DNA from: Utricularia gibba
Lineage: Eukaryota > Plantae > Magnoliophyta
Direction: 5' to 3'
DNA: 64,000 bases
NCBI GenBank assembly: GCA_002189035.1
Contig: NEEC01000013.1
Span: forward strand, 1,612,001 to 1,676,000
A model generated the notes under the pieces. It was not told the DNA's origin. It saw only the letters and a list, made by a program, of their open reading frames with translations, and ran no database searches. The translations under genes and the position numbers were made by a program. Below are positions 46,492 to 60,500 of this stretch, piece after piece (the first letter of the stretch is position 1; the number at the start of each line of letters is the position of its first letter).

Positions 46492-48581
46492 TCTGTGAGG
46501 CGCACCTGCACCTGCTAGCTGGCACCTCGTCTCTGACTCAAATGGCGGAAATCCATAAAAAAGAAACACTACACAACAAACTCTAATCAACACTGAGTGT
46601 TCCTGTCGAGGAGGGTTTCGCAAGTGTTTAGGGTTCAAAACAAACGCTTATGAGGGTTTTTGAACACTTGAATGTCGAAAAAACAAACCCTGTTTTAAGG
46701 AATTTTGTAAAGAAAAAAACCCTCCTTCACTTTGCCTTCTTTTCATCTCAGGTTTGCTCAGTAGCAGACTGTGATCCAGGCGCTTTGAGCCTATTTCTCA
46801 TGTGGGTTTTCAGTCAAGATACTAAGAATTACTTTTTTAATGTCTCCCTTGGGACATCACATTTTCTTTTCCTACAAGAATCTGCACCACTCCATGCGCA
46901 CATCGCTCCACTGCTTTTGGTCAAGAATAAATGAAATGACATGATGGCATGTGATCACAAATCTGCAGGTGAATACAGATCTTTGATCTGCAGCTGTGGC
47001 ATCTTTCGCTTTACCTTTTTTCCCCTCCCATCAGTGAACACACATGCTGTCATTTTACTGATTCACAACAAATAACCGCAACAATAAAGACACCCATTCG
47101 CCTTTTTGAACTTAAATTACAATCTGAATCGATGTGGTTCCTGCTACAAGCCATAATAAAGTATGGAGACGGAAGGTTATCCTCTTGGTTTTGTAGTCAA
47201 TGACTGGTGTGGTGTGGATGGAGAAGAAAACATTCATTACCGAGCTGCCTGAGTCCCTGACTACTGGACACTGAACCTCAATGCTTCATTTTTTTCAGTT
47301 CCATCGGTTCTCTTGCTTTACACTCAACTTAATAAAAAAATTAAGGGGTGAAGTTTACAGGTGCAACATAAATTTACAGTCAATATAAATATTCTAATTC
47401 TTAAATTTCAAAATTACATCATAAAAATTAACTTACATTTTTTTTTTGAATAGTTTACCTCCTGATTTATGAAATTACATATTTAAGGCTTCATGTTTAA
47501 ATCTTTAATAAACGATTTTGACAATTGTTTTAGTATTTTTTAATATATATTTAATCTTTCATTTTTAATTTATCATTTCTTGGTATTCATTGTATACTTA
47601 ATTTCTTATGTTTGGTTCATTTTTTAAAAATTTTGAAAATTGTTTGTGACTTCGTTAAATGGTTTTGACAACTTGATGTGTATTTTTTGCAATTTTGAGA
47701 CTTTAGTATCAAAATTTTTATACTGATTAAAACTTCAGGTGTCATTTTTGTAATTTTCTCTAAAATTAGGTATTCCATAGATTACGTGAATATACATGAA
47801 ACTCAAATATACAATAAACATGTATCATGTTAAAAAAATTAAACACAACTAATTAGTTGTAATATGTAACTTATTATATAGTTGAATATGACATTTTTAA
47901 ATTCCAATATGATATTGTTTGTTCTAATAATTATGCGCAATACAAACCATGAGCATTTTAGAATTGTAAATGTCATGAAGTGAGGATGCAACAATTTGAT
48001 AACATTGTTCCAGGCAAGATCTAGACTGGTTCGAGGGGGTTTCAAGATCTAGATTCTCAGGAACCGAACTACGCCCCGAATGTAGGAGCGGGTTTGCTGT
48101 GGAAGTGTGAAGGTATGATCCAATTGGTCTCCCCGCCGGGCCGGTCCCGCCACAGTCAAGACAAACACCTCAAAAATGGGATGCAGTTGCCTTATAACCC
48201 AAATTACGAGCTGGTCGTTTCGCAGAAATGGAGGCAACGTTCCCTTATAACCCATCAAATTTCTCTGTTGGTAACAGGATGCCGTACTTGTAGATACCAT
48301 TTTCCTGTTCATTGAATGGGATGAAGCGGGTTTTCCGATTGACTCCCTGTCGGGTCGGTTTGACAGCCATGGCACCACGTGAAGCTTGTCTTCTTCACTG
48401 CTTGAATCCAATACAACCAAGTTCTGTGCTGGAAACTGTCTCGTCATGTTCACCTTTTTCGTTGACGTGAATGAGATGAGGCCTCTCGTTATCCATCACA
48501 TGCATTCGCAGCCATTCAAACTCTATCGACATATCCATATAAGCACGTACACATTGAAACAATCGATACAAAGTATTCTAG

Positions 48582-48705
48582 ATCTTGAAGGTGTTGAAAT
48601 TAAGGATACAATAGATCGGACTTCTAAATGTTGAAGATGTTGAAATTAAGGATACAATATATCTGACTTCTAGATGTTGAAAGTGCTTAAATTAAGAATA
48701 CAATA
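48582..48705 (+). repeat. 46-bp minisatellite, about 2.7 copies
   Basis: Unit ATGTTGAAGATGTTGAAATTAAGGATACAATATATCTGACTTCTAG starting at 48582, 48628 and 48674. Confidence 0.85.
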
Positions 48706-49013
48706 AGTAGAATGAACATAAGTGAAATCGTACATAAAAAAACATGTATAACATTAGAAAAAAATAATTATATTCAATTCTTATTAATTTGTATTTTTTA
48801 TATAATTGATTATTTTAATTTTAAATTTCGATATGAAATTGTATGTTGTAATACAAGTACACTGGCTGGATTGTATTACAAACTCATCTTAAGGTTTAAA
48901 ATGTCGATAATGGCACAAGAAGACACCAATCGACTGCGCAAATTTGCAGCCCTTCTATAAATGTAGAGGCCTACAGCCCACTTGCGTTCTCCAAAACATT
49001 GGAGATTGTGACG

Positions 49014-49740
49014 ATGCTTCCTCGCTACTTCTTGCTGTTTTCCCTGCTATTGGTTGCCGCATGCAACGCCCTCGTGCAAGACTTCTGCGTCGCGGACTTG
49101 TCGTTGGCCGCTGGACCCGCCGGCTATCCTTGCAAGAAAACATCTTTGGTCACTTCCGACGACTTCGTTTACCAGGGCCTCGCCGTGGCCGGAAACACCA
49201 CAAACATAATCAAAGCAGTGGTGACTCCGGCTTTTGATGCTCAGTTCCCAGGCGTGAACGGCCTCGGATTGTCGATCGCCCGCCTGGACTTGGCGGCGGG
49301 GGTGTTATTCCACTGCACACTCACCCGGCGGCGTCGGAAATTCTGGTGGTGACAAAAGGTAGCATTCTCGCCGGATTCATATCGTCGTTCGAGAACAAGG
49401 TTCACATCAAGAAGTTGCACAAGGGTGATGTGATGGTACAACTACCTATTACATCACTTTGTAATAGAACAGCATGTACTGTTTTCTCCGAACGAGACAT
49501 GCATGAACTTATTTCATTTTCCCAACAGGTATTCCACAGGGACTGCTGCATTTTCAGATCAACGCCGGTGGGAATCCTGCGGTGGCGTTCGTGAGCTTCA
49601 GCGGACAGAATCCTGGGCTTCAGATAACGGACTTTGCACTTTTTCAGAATGATTTTCCGACCGATCTGTTGTCCAAAACTACGTTCTTGGACGTGCAACA
49701 GATCAAGAAGCTGAAAGGAGTGCTCGGAGGCACCAACTGA
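49014..49740 (+). CDS. Germin-like protein, subfamily 3 (ABP19/GLP1/3-like); exons 49014-49435, 49529-49740; two apparent 1-nt frameshifts
   Basis: Signal peptide, [32 protein letters not shown] and [24 protein letters not shown] and [12 protein letters not shown] are each restored by a +1 base. Confidence 0.9.
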
Positions 49741-51758
49741 TCTCATTTGCTTGTCCTCATCCGGCAGCTGCATTTCATTTTCTGTACTCCAAAGCATCGC
49801 CATTCTCTTCACAATAAATTCCCACATCCATTTCCAGCTTCCAAACTCGCTTACTCATCATTTCTCTATGGCCGACAGTTTTGGCCCAAATGAGCTTCAG
49901 CCCATTGGGCTTAAAATATATTACATTATTCAAAATTCCTAAAAATTTTGGAATTCGAAAATCGGAATTATATGATCGATATTTCATAGAAATTTTGTGA
50001 AAAAATAATATAATTTATTTTGAAATTCAATGTTCCAACATATTCAATGATTCAAAATCTAAAATTTTGGGTAACATCACACACCATGAGGGTCAAGTTT
50101 TTTTTGGAATTATTTTTTAAAAACATATTACTAATTATTTTCTTCTACTTCATCAAAATGGGTCATAATAATCCTTTATGAGTTATTTGGAAGACATTCA
50201 ATTTTACACAATAACCAGAAATCCGAAAATATGAGTGCATTTTGTCGTAAATGTTGTTTAAAAAATATTATTTATCACGTATTTTATAAAACATTCTATA
50301 ATTGAATTTATATGTAATATTATTAACACATTCATAATTAATTATTTATTATGTTATTAAAAAAAGAAAAGAATAATATCGTATTTTGCTATCATTGGAT
50401 TAACTAATCTTATTTTATATAAAAATTTGTATTTAATTATAAATAAAGAATTGAATAAGAAAGTTTAATGGGATATGACATTCCATAATGTGAAATATCA
50501 CTACCTACTCAACGCATGCTATTAAAATATGATATTTAATATAAAATTATTTTTCACATCCTGCCAAACTAAATATACTACGTTTCCATTTGAGTGAAAT
50601 TGTACCCCAATAATTTCCAAAAAATAAAAATCTTGAATTCGGGGTTAAATTGTTCCAAAACACTGAAATTTGGACAAAATTTTAAACCTTGATTTTATCT
50701 CAATATTTTAAATTCAATATTACTTTTTTTAGAAGTAATGTATGAAAAACAAATTCTATTATTTGTCACTATGATATTATTTATTTCGATCATTCAATTT
50801 TATATTTTTACGTTTTTTTTTATTTTTGGACATAAACTTCCAAGATGATTATCTATCTTGAAATTACCCTTAAACAAACATGCTTAACTTTGAAATTTCT
50901 ACTAATGATTCTTTATCGTGTTCGAAAAAATGCGTCATACAAAATTTATACAATCACTATATTTAATTTCATCATCTTCTTTGTTCGTAAAATGTGGTTT
51001 TGCTACCCTTCGAGACCTTTCAGTTATTTGGAATAACTTACAAGCCTTGTAAGAATTCTTGATCGGTCAGGAAGGCCATGGAAACACACGGAAGATCACA
51101 CAGCAGGGTGTTGGATCTTTCTTCACCCCAAATGTGTTCATTTTTTCTTGAATTAGGCATCCAAAACCTACACGCACAAAAAAAAGAAGATAGCTTGTTG
51201 TGTAAGCCATCGCTCTCGTACAATTACCATTTCACCCCTATCACACTCCCATCACCCATACCCCTCGCTCGTTTGTTTTTTGGTTTCATTCCATCACTTG
51301 CGGTGTTTCTAGAAGATGCTGTGGTTGGCGCCTTGGAAAGCGTGGGATGGGGAGATCGGAATTAATCTGGATTTATTTATATTCATAAAATAAATATCAT
51401 CTTTAATCAATTCTGTTATTAAACTGTATTATTTAAAATAAGAGAATTCCCAAAAACACCTTCACTGTCTCCATACAAAAGAAAGCCAGAATGAGGGCAA
51501 AACGGTCCTTTAACCTCCTTACTCTAATTATAAAAAAAATGGTGACAGGCGCCAAGTCAGGTCAATGATTTGATAAAGAATGCAGCCATTTGCTTCATTT
51601 TCATTTTTCTCAAATTCACACTCAGACATCCTTCTATTATTATTATTTTATTTTATTTTTATTTTTTTAATGCAACAGGGGTTTATAAAAAGGCTTCCAG
51701 TTCCCCTAAACCAGTTGCATAAACCAGGAAAAGCGGTTCTGAGAAAGAAAAAAAACAG

Positions 51759-53339
51759 ATGGCGCTGAAGAAGAAGAGAGGGAGATCGAAGTGGCAATTT
51801 TACGTCGGTGGCTGCTTCAAGTCGGAAGCCACAAATCCGAACCCGCAAAATAAACCCATTTCGCAGATCTCCTTCAGAGGGATCTCCATATCGGACATCA
51901 GCGGATCCACGTTCTTCGAGGAGCTTTCGGTTTCTCTAGCGGGTTCTGATTTGCACGTTTTCACGCTTCAGGAGCTGAAGATGATCACCCAGAGCTTTTC
52001 TTCCAGTAATTTTCTCGGCGAGGGTGGATTCGGTCCGGTTCATAAAGGCTTCATCGATGATCGCCTCCGACCCGGGCTGAAGGCTCAACCCGTCGCCGTC
52101 AAGCTTTTGGATCTCGCCGGCGGCCAAGGCCATAGAGAATGGCTGGTCAGTTTCTCTTTTTTTTCACGGATTTGACCTACCCTCTAAAATCCTTTCATTT
52201 TTCTGTAATTGTTTTACTGATTCGGGTTCTCCGGCAGGCGGAAGTGATGCTCCTCGGCCAGCTCCGGCATCCAAATCTGGTGAAATTGATAGGATACTGC
52301 TGCGAGGAAGAACACAGGCTGCTGGTTTACCAGTACATGCCTCGAGGAAGCCTGGAGAAGCAGCTCTTCCGCCGTAAGTCTGGTTTTGATTTGAACAGGC
52401 CAACACGTTGGTTGACTTTTGACAACTAATAATTAACTGCCCTTTGAAAAAGATTCAATTCCAATTAAGTAAACAATATATTATTATTATTTATTATTTT
52501 CCAGTTTCCTTGAATTTTGAGCCTTTTTTTATTGTTTTGAATAGGGTATGCGGCCTTGCCATGGAAAACCAGGTTGAAAATTGCAATTGGTGCAGCCAAG
52601 GGCCTGGCGTTTCTTCATGAATCGGAAAAGCCGGTCATCTACAGGGACTTCAAGGCCTCAAACATTCTTTTGGACTCGGTAATGCTGCTTGCTACTGATG
52701 CAGACAATGGAAAATGGAATTGATTGATAGGTTTGTTGTGCGTTCAGGACTTCACGGCGAAGCTTTCCGATTTCGGGCTCGCCACCGATGGGCCGGAGGG
52801 AGACGACACACATGTTTCGACGAGAGTTTTGGGGACTCATGGGTACGCCGCGCCGGAGTACCTCATGACGGGTAATCTTGAGAAATTGATATATCTAAAT
52901 GCAATGTATAGCATCCACCATTTGTATGATTGTTATATGACGTGGTCGGAAAACATGGTTATCAGGTCATTTGACGGCGGCGAGCGATGTGTATAGTTTC
53001 GGGGTGGTGCTTCTGGAGCTGCTAACCGGCCGGAAATCGTACGACAAAAGCCGGCCGAGTAGAGAGCAGAACTTGGTGGAATGGGCGAGGCCGATGTTGA
53101 AGAACCCAAATAAACTTGCACGCGTCATGGACCCTAGGCTCGAGGGACAGTACTCGGAGATCGGTGCGCAAAAGGCGGCGGAGCTGGCACATCAATGCCT
53201 TAGCCAACGCCCCAAGCTCCGGCCAACCATGCGTCAAGTGATCGACGTTTTAGAACCGTTGAAAGATCTCGACGACTTGCAAATCGGCACATTTGTGTTC
53301 TCCGTGTCAACTGACAGCGATTCACAGAGAGAATGTTGA
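51759..53339 (+). CDS. Receptor-like cytoplasmic kinase VII, RIPK/PBL-like; exons 51759-52145, 52238-52373, 52545-52678, 52748-52871, 52966-53339
   Basis: [26 protein letters not shown]|[43 protein letters not shown] and [12 protein letters not shown]. The ORF is intact. Confidence 0.93.
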
Positions 53340-53912
53340 GACCACCAAATCCCCCCAAACTAAACCAGCCGGGGATTCCGGCGGCCGGAGCACCTGAAGA
53401 CTCTGCAGCGAGCAACCATGCTGCATAAAAACAAATAATTGTTTGTTTTTTCTTCCTCGTATTATGGATTTAGACACTCCCTGTATCTAGATATCTTCTC
53501 ATAGCATGTAATACATGATACAGACAACACATACACACGATTTTACAGAAAAATTCGAGCACCCCACGAACCTATTGTAGGAAAAAAAAAGCCATTTCTG
53601 GGTTATTATCTGATCACCTACTTTGATTGGGTGTCAAGGTTACATCATCGCGCACTAGACGACTCGTCCCTTTCCATTGACGAGTGCCATGAATGAAGAC
53701 TTCCCCCACCGGTTCCCAACAACATACCGGAGCTACGTTACATACCAGTCCTGCTTTTGAATCAGATGGGATCGATCTCCAGTTTTCTTTATGAAATTTC
53801 AACGAACTGGGCTTCGCACAGTGACTTAGATGGATCATTTTTGCTCATCCCACCCAACTCCAATCCGATTCACAAAATCATATTAACTATCGAATGGATT
53901 ATAAGTACATGA

Positions 53913-54190
53913 ATTTCAAGTATATAAAAAATATGAAACACATAATAAAATATTAGATCTTAACAATTACTATTTATTTATAAATTTATTATATATTTGA
54001 TTATTTTAATTTAAAATCTTGAGAATGATTGTTATAATATATGTGACATCATTTCAATTATATAAAAAATATAAAACACATAATAAAATATTAAATCTGA
54101 ACAATTAATACTTATTTATAAACTTATTATATATTTAATTATTTCAATTTCAAATCTCGTGGTATTTATTGTTGTAATATATGTGACATC
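53913..54190 (+). repeat. Tandem duplication of an AT-rich unit of about 138 bp
   Basis: ATTTCAAGTATATAAAAAATATGAAACAC..ATGTGACATC at 53913-54050 is repeated with substitutions at 54051-54190. Confidence 0.85.
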
Positions 54191-54855
54191 TTGGAGTGTT
54201 TGGTTGAGGGACATGAGGTTCTTGATCTGAAATGGAAGGTCGATCCTTGCGGGTGGAAAGTTTCAGTGATTTGTTGGCCGAGATCACACTGGTGGTTGGG
54301 AATGGATTTTCGGAAACCAAACGCAGACAAATGAATAGATAGACGACACGAAAAAGATCTCCCACCGGACTTTCCTCTAGAAGAGTGACCGGAAATTCAA
54401 CTTCTAGAAGGTGGCGCAGTTCTTCACATTGGCTGTGTGTGCATGCAAAAAAAAAAAAAGAAAAACCCAGTATGACTTATAATGCAAGCCATTCATATTA
54501 TATAAATACTATTATTGTATGAAATATTTAAATGAGATATTTAAAAATTAATAATGGAAAGCAAATGATATTAATGTAATAATATGTATTATAATAAAAT
54601 GAAAATGTAATTTATTTCATTAATTTGTAAATACAATTAGTATAATAAAAAACATAACTTTTAATTCAAATAAAATTTAAATTAAATATTCATACTTATT
54701 TAATAAATTATTTGGATGAAGTTTAAAATATGAAAATGAAGAATGAAAATAAAATATATTATAAAAATATATGCATTATTTTATTTGGTGATGCACATGA
54801 TCTTGAATGATTTGGCTTTTCTTTGGAATCCATTTTCTTGAAGACGGGCTTTGAG

Positions 54856-54893
54856 TATAAAAGCCCATTAACTTTGCTTCTCGATTTAGGGTT
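54856..54893 (+). promoter_or_regulatory. RBX1 core promoter: TATA-like element and telo-box
   Basis: TATAAAAG at 54856 followed by AGCCCA, and TTAGGGTT (telo-box) near 54886, about 80-120 bp before the ATG. Confidence 0.4.
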
Positions 54894-54972
54894 CATATCT
54901 AAAATAAGAAAAACAGCTGAAGTTTTTAATCTTTTTAGAACGTGTCTACGGATCTCGGATCGGAGTGAATCG

Positions 54973-56100
<1,128 letters not shown>

Positions 56101-57550
56101 AGTCCTTCTGCAAAAACATTTGAAAAAACATGAATGCTGCTGATGATACGTCGCCCTACAAGGGCCAGTATCAATGTAATCAGTCTGTTCTAGTTTCTCT
56201 ACTTGACATTCTCGCTTTGTGCTATCTCATCTTTCGGAATCTACTGACTCGCTCAAGACTAGTATATTAGGTGTACTCAAAATTGCATGTTTCTTCCAAG
56301 AAGCCTTTGATTTGCAGACGAAATGCAAGAGGGCTAATGCCGCATGTGATACGGTCGAATGTGCAGGGAAGCCAACCTTTTGCACCCCTGAACAAGGCTG
56401 GAAAATGAGCGCCCTGAGCATGAACAGAAATCGAACCCAGTTACGTAACCGTAGTCGTTCTTCCACTTGCGAGCATTTATGCGGTTACGTCAGATTAGTT
56501 CAATCCTAATCTAACATGTTCCCATCAAATTTCGGGTTACGAGCAGATTAAAATTCGATTTTATAAGGCCTTGATTAGCATGATCCAAATAAAGTCCAAT
56601 CATTTAGCATTTTAAACCCTATTTTTATTTGGGCTTTAAGCCCATTGGACTTTGATCCTAAGCCCAATAAATTCAAGGACTCCAACTTTAGTATATAGAT
56701 CCAAACTCGATGTTTTGTAAGATTGGGTTATACCGACCCATGAGACTGATCCCAGGTTTTCATCTCTCGTTACACTCCTTTTCTTCATCTTTGAACACGC
56801 ATGTATTGATATAATATCCAGATGGGTAGTTTTGACTTTTGCTGCTATTTGACCTTGCAAGCCCAATAGAAAAGTCAAAGTTGCCCATGCTATTTCAAAA
56901 CTCATAACAGTAATTAATTAAAGAAAGAAATATAAATATATGATAAATATTAAATATTAAAATGTATGACAACATATATTTCAATTTTAAATCAAAATGA
57001 ATGTGTTAACTTAATTTGAATTTGAAGGGTGATATCTTAAATTCTGTTTAATTTTATTCTTTTTTTTGGGGGGGGGGTTTAATTCTATTTTTTGATAAAA
57101 TAAAAGACTATATTCTTTTAAAAAATATTCTTAGATTTCTATTTTTTTTTTAAGCATAGTTGGAGTTATTTTGGTAACATAACTGATGCGTAGCGTATTT
57201 TCAAAACAATAAATTATTGATATCTCGGAATATAGCCGTAGCTGACGTGTATGAAATCGGAGGCATCGATGTGAACATGAACGCCACGTATGATTCTGGA
57301 AGCCCTCCCGAGAACCCGCATCCCTATCCGTTTACGTGGGACCCACACCAACACGTTCAATTTCAGCGACAATATAAAAGAATTGTGAATTAAGTCGGTA
57401 TGTTTCCTTCCCCGTTGCTTCAGTGTGCGAACTCGGAATCTTTGCTTGAGAGGGACGATCGGAGCTTGTGGAGATCCTCTGTAGGGAGACTAGTCTTCGA
57501 AATCGGTTTACCCAGTGTTGTTTTTGGAGCTTTGGAATCTTCGATGCGCG

Positions 57551-60500
57551 ATGCAAAGGGTTGTTGACAATGTTCTCGCGGTCGCTAAAGAGTACGTTTC
57601 ACTGTTGTATGTTTGTTTTCATTTGGTGGAATTGGTTTCTGTCTTCGATTATTGATTTTCAGGAAGACTTTTGTTTTGAATGATTGGTGGTGTAATATAA
57701 TAGGTCTGTGAAGACTTTCACTTATGAGTCTCTTAACAATGTTGTGAGATTCATAAACGGAGTGTCAGCGATGCTGCTGGCGATTCTGCCGGGAAAGTCT
57801 TCTGTTTTGGAAGGTATACATGGATGGGAGCTCAGACCGACTTTTCGTGGTCCTAGGTTTCCACGCTGGATGGAGAAGTAATCATCCCTTGTTAAAAATT
57901 TGTAGTGGCTTTCAGCTAGTATCATTTGCCAAAAAATTAACTGTGAAATATCCAATTTTGCACTTTTATCTGTAATGCATTCCATAGTGATGTCAATATG
58001 GCAACTCATAAATGATAGGCAGTGGGGTATCAGTGATTGCAGCTAACTTTGGCGACGTGTTTGTGCTATTAAGAGTTGCCAAATTGTGTTAATTTGCTAT
58101 AAATCTTGAGCAACCATGCTCTCTCTTGCTGTATGGTTATGTATATGGGTTGTGAAGTTTGTACTGTGTGGAGCTTCTCTAATATTTTCTCTATAATAAT
58201 CATCCTCAACGTTGTGCTTTTTTATACCACCTTGGTGATAGATGCAAACTTGTTTGTAGTTCTGTTATTTCATCTCTCTTTTTTTTTTCAGAATACTCCT
58301 TTCACCATGTTTTTTCTCGTCTATTGCAGCGGGGTTTCATCTTTCAATCAGTTTATTCATGATCTCTCTGTAGATTCTGAGACATATTCAACGGGAGAGT
58401 GCTCTTCTGAAGGGGACGAAAGTGACATCCATCCAGCCTCACCATTATCACAAAGTTCAAGACTCTCAAGGGATAGTAGCTTCAGTAAGAGGAACAGAGA
58501 TTGGATATATTGGACTAAACGCATATTATCATGGATTTTGTTTCCCATAAAAGTCCTTTTAGTCATTCCGCTGTACTTATATATGGCTTTTAAAGGCTGG
58601 GGAAGGTGGGGGAAACCTCATCACGTGAATTTGCATTCTCCTAGAAGATTGCAATCACTAAGGGACCATTTTATTCAGCGAGCCACTGATCGTAGACGTG
58701 GTGTTGTTGAGGTGTGTTTTCTTTTTCTTTTTCTTTTTTTTTCAATCTTGTGACAGTTGATATTTGAAAACTTTGGCTGTTTTCTGTGACCTCTTTATTA
58801 TTGAGATCCTTAGAAAGAAATAGTTGTCTATGGAATACTGCAAAAACAGAATTAAATGAGTTCATGCTCTCAGAGTGAGTGGTTACTTTTGTTTTTATTT
58901 TCCACAGGATTTATACATGGCGTTTGAAATGTTTATAGAGTCAACATTTGATATGGTTCGAAAGGCATCTCATAGTCTTTTAGCACCAGTAGAAACATTT
59001 AAAAGAGTGAATAGATGGTTCTTTTCTCGGAGTCACCATGAGGCTGCATCATCTGAAGCTGTAGTCACATTGGGCTCTGATCCTGCTCCTTCTGAAAGGG
59101 TAAAGCCTGTCAATAGTCCCCTGAACACAGATGCTCGAACGTGTGAAGACGTTATAACAGAGCTGGGGTAGGTACTTCCATTTCAGTTTTTGGTAATATA
59201 ATTTTTCCCATAGTCGCATGTCGACTGTTAGAGTTTGATTATTGCTATCTATGCTCATGGTTGATTGAATCATTCCTGCAAATCCCTTGAAGCTTTTCTG
59301 TACTGCAGCTATAAGTTGGCAAATTATTTTGGAACTGTATTTGTCTGACTTATTTCACTTTTATAAGGGTCCAACTATTCCACAGTTTTGGATTTAATTG
59401 GGGATCATTTGTTGTATGTGCTTATAACTTTTCAAAGAGTTTCCCTTAGTGATTAGTGTTTTAGTAAACTTGGAAGATCCACAATTTCTCTTTTCCGTTG
59501 CCTTTTTGTAGGTTTATATTGCACAGGAGTTTCATTTGATGTATGGCTTTTTCTATAACTGTTCTCTTACTTCAAGTTTGCTATTGCTAAGGTATCCGTT
59601 CAGGGATTTTCAGCTTTCTAACTGCACATATGTTAAAGTACATACAACCCATCTTTTCTCTCCAGGTACCCCTACGAAGCTATTCGTGTGGTGACAGCCG
59701 ATGGCTATGTACTTCTTCTTGAGAGAATACCTAGGTATGTATTGGTTGAAGAGAAGTTACTGAGTTCTGCTCTTCACTCTCGCAATTTTTGAGAGATGCA
59801 GTTGCATATTATGTCTTTTGAGCTGCGTTCAGGAGAGATTCAACAAAAGTTGTCTATCTGCAGCATGGAATATTAGATTCATCAATGGGGTGAGATGCTC
59901 ATTTTTCTTTCCATGTTAGACGCTCAATCACAAAATAGCAACTTATTTAATTCGGATGTATGCATGTATGAGTTAATTTATCTATTTTCTTTCATTTATT
60001 CATTCGACATCATGGCTAGTCTGTTTCAGATTGACATGACTTGAACACTTGTTCTCTGAGAATGTGTATTATAGCTGCACACATCAATCACTGTCACTAT
60101 CATCAGAGCTCCTGAAATTAAAAGTAGTTGTATGAAATGAATCATCCCACCTATATATCACTTGACGATCATGGATTTATGTTAATATCTGATTTTTTTC
60201 TAGTTGGGTGTCCAATGGAGTTGTTGGTTCTCCTGCCTTTGCTGCCTTTGATCAAGGTGGGTTCTTTCATTATCATATGCGAGCTTATCTGATGTATGAT
60301 AATATGTGATAGATGAATGGGTTCTGTGCAACAAACTCTTCTATGCCATTTGATATGTGATGCAACTGATACCATCTTTTCAGCACGCTAATGTCATTTC
60401 GATACAAAACAACTTTTCCATATTAGCTGAACAATATTTCCATTTCCATTTTTTGTGCTGTGTTTTCTGATTAACTCCAAATATGAGCATTAAACAGTGT

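Noticed and set aside
54195-54325. Short inverted repeat GTTTGGTT/AACCAAAC
   Set aside because: The match is too short and has no TSD, so it cannot be called a MITE.
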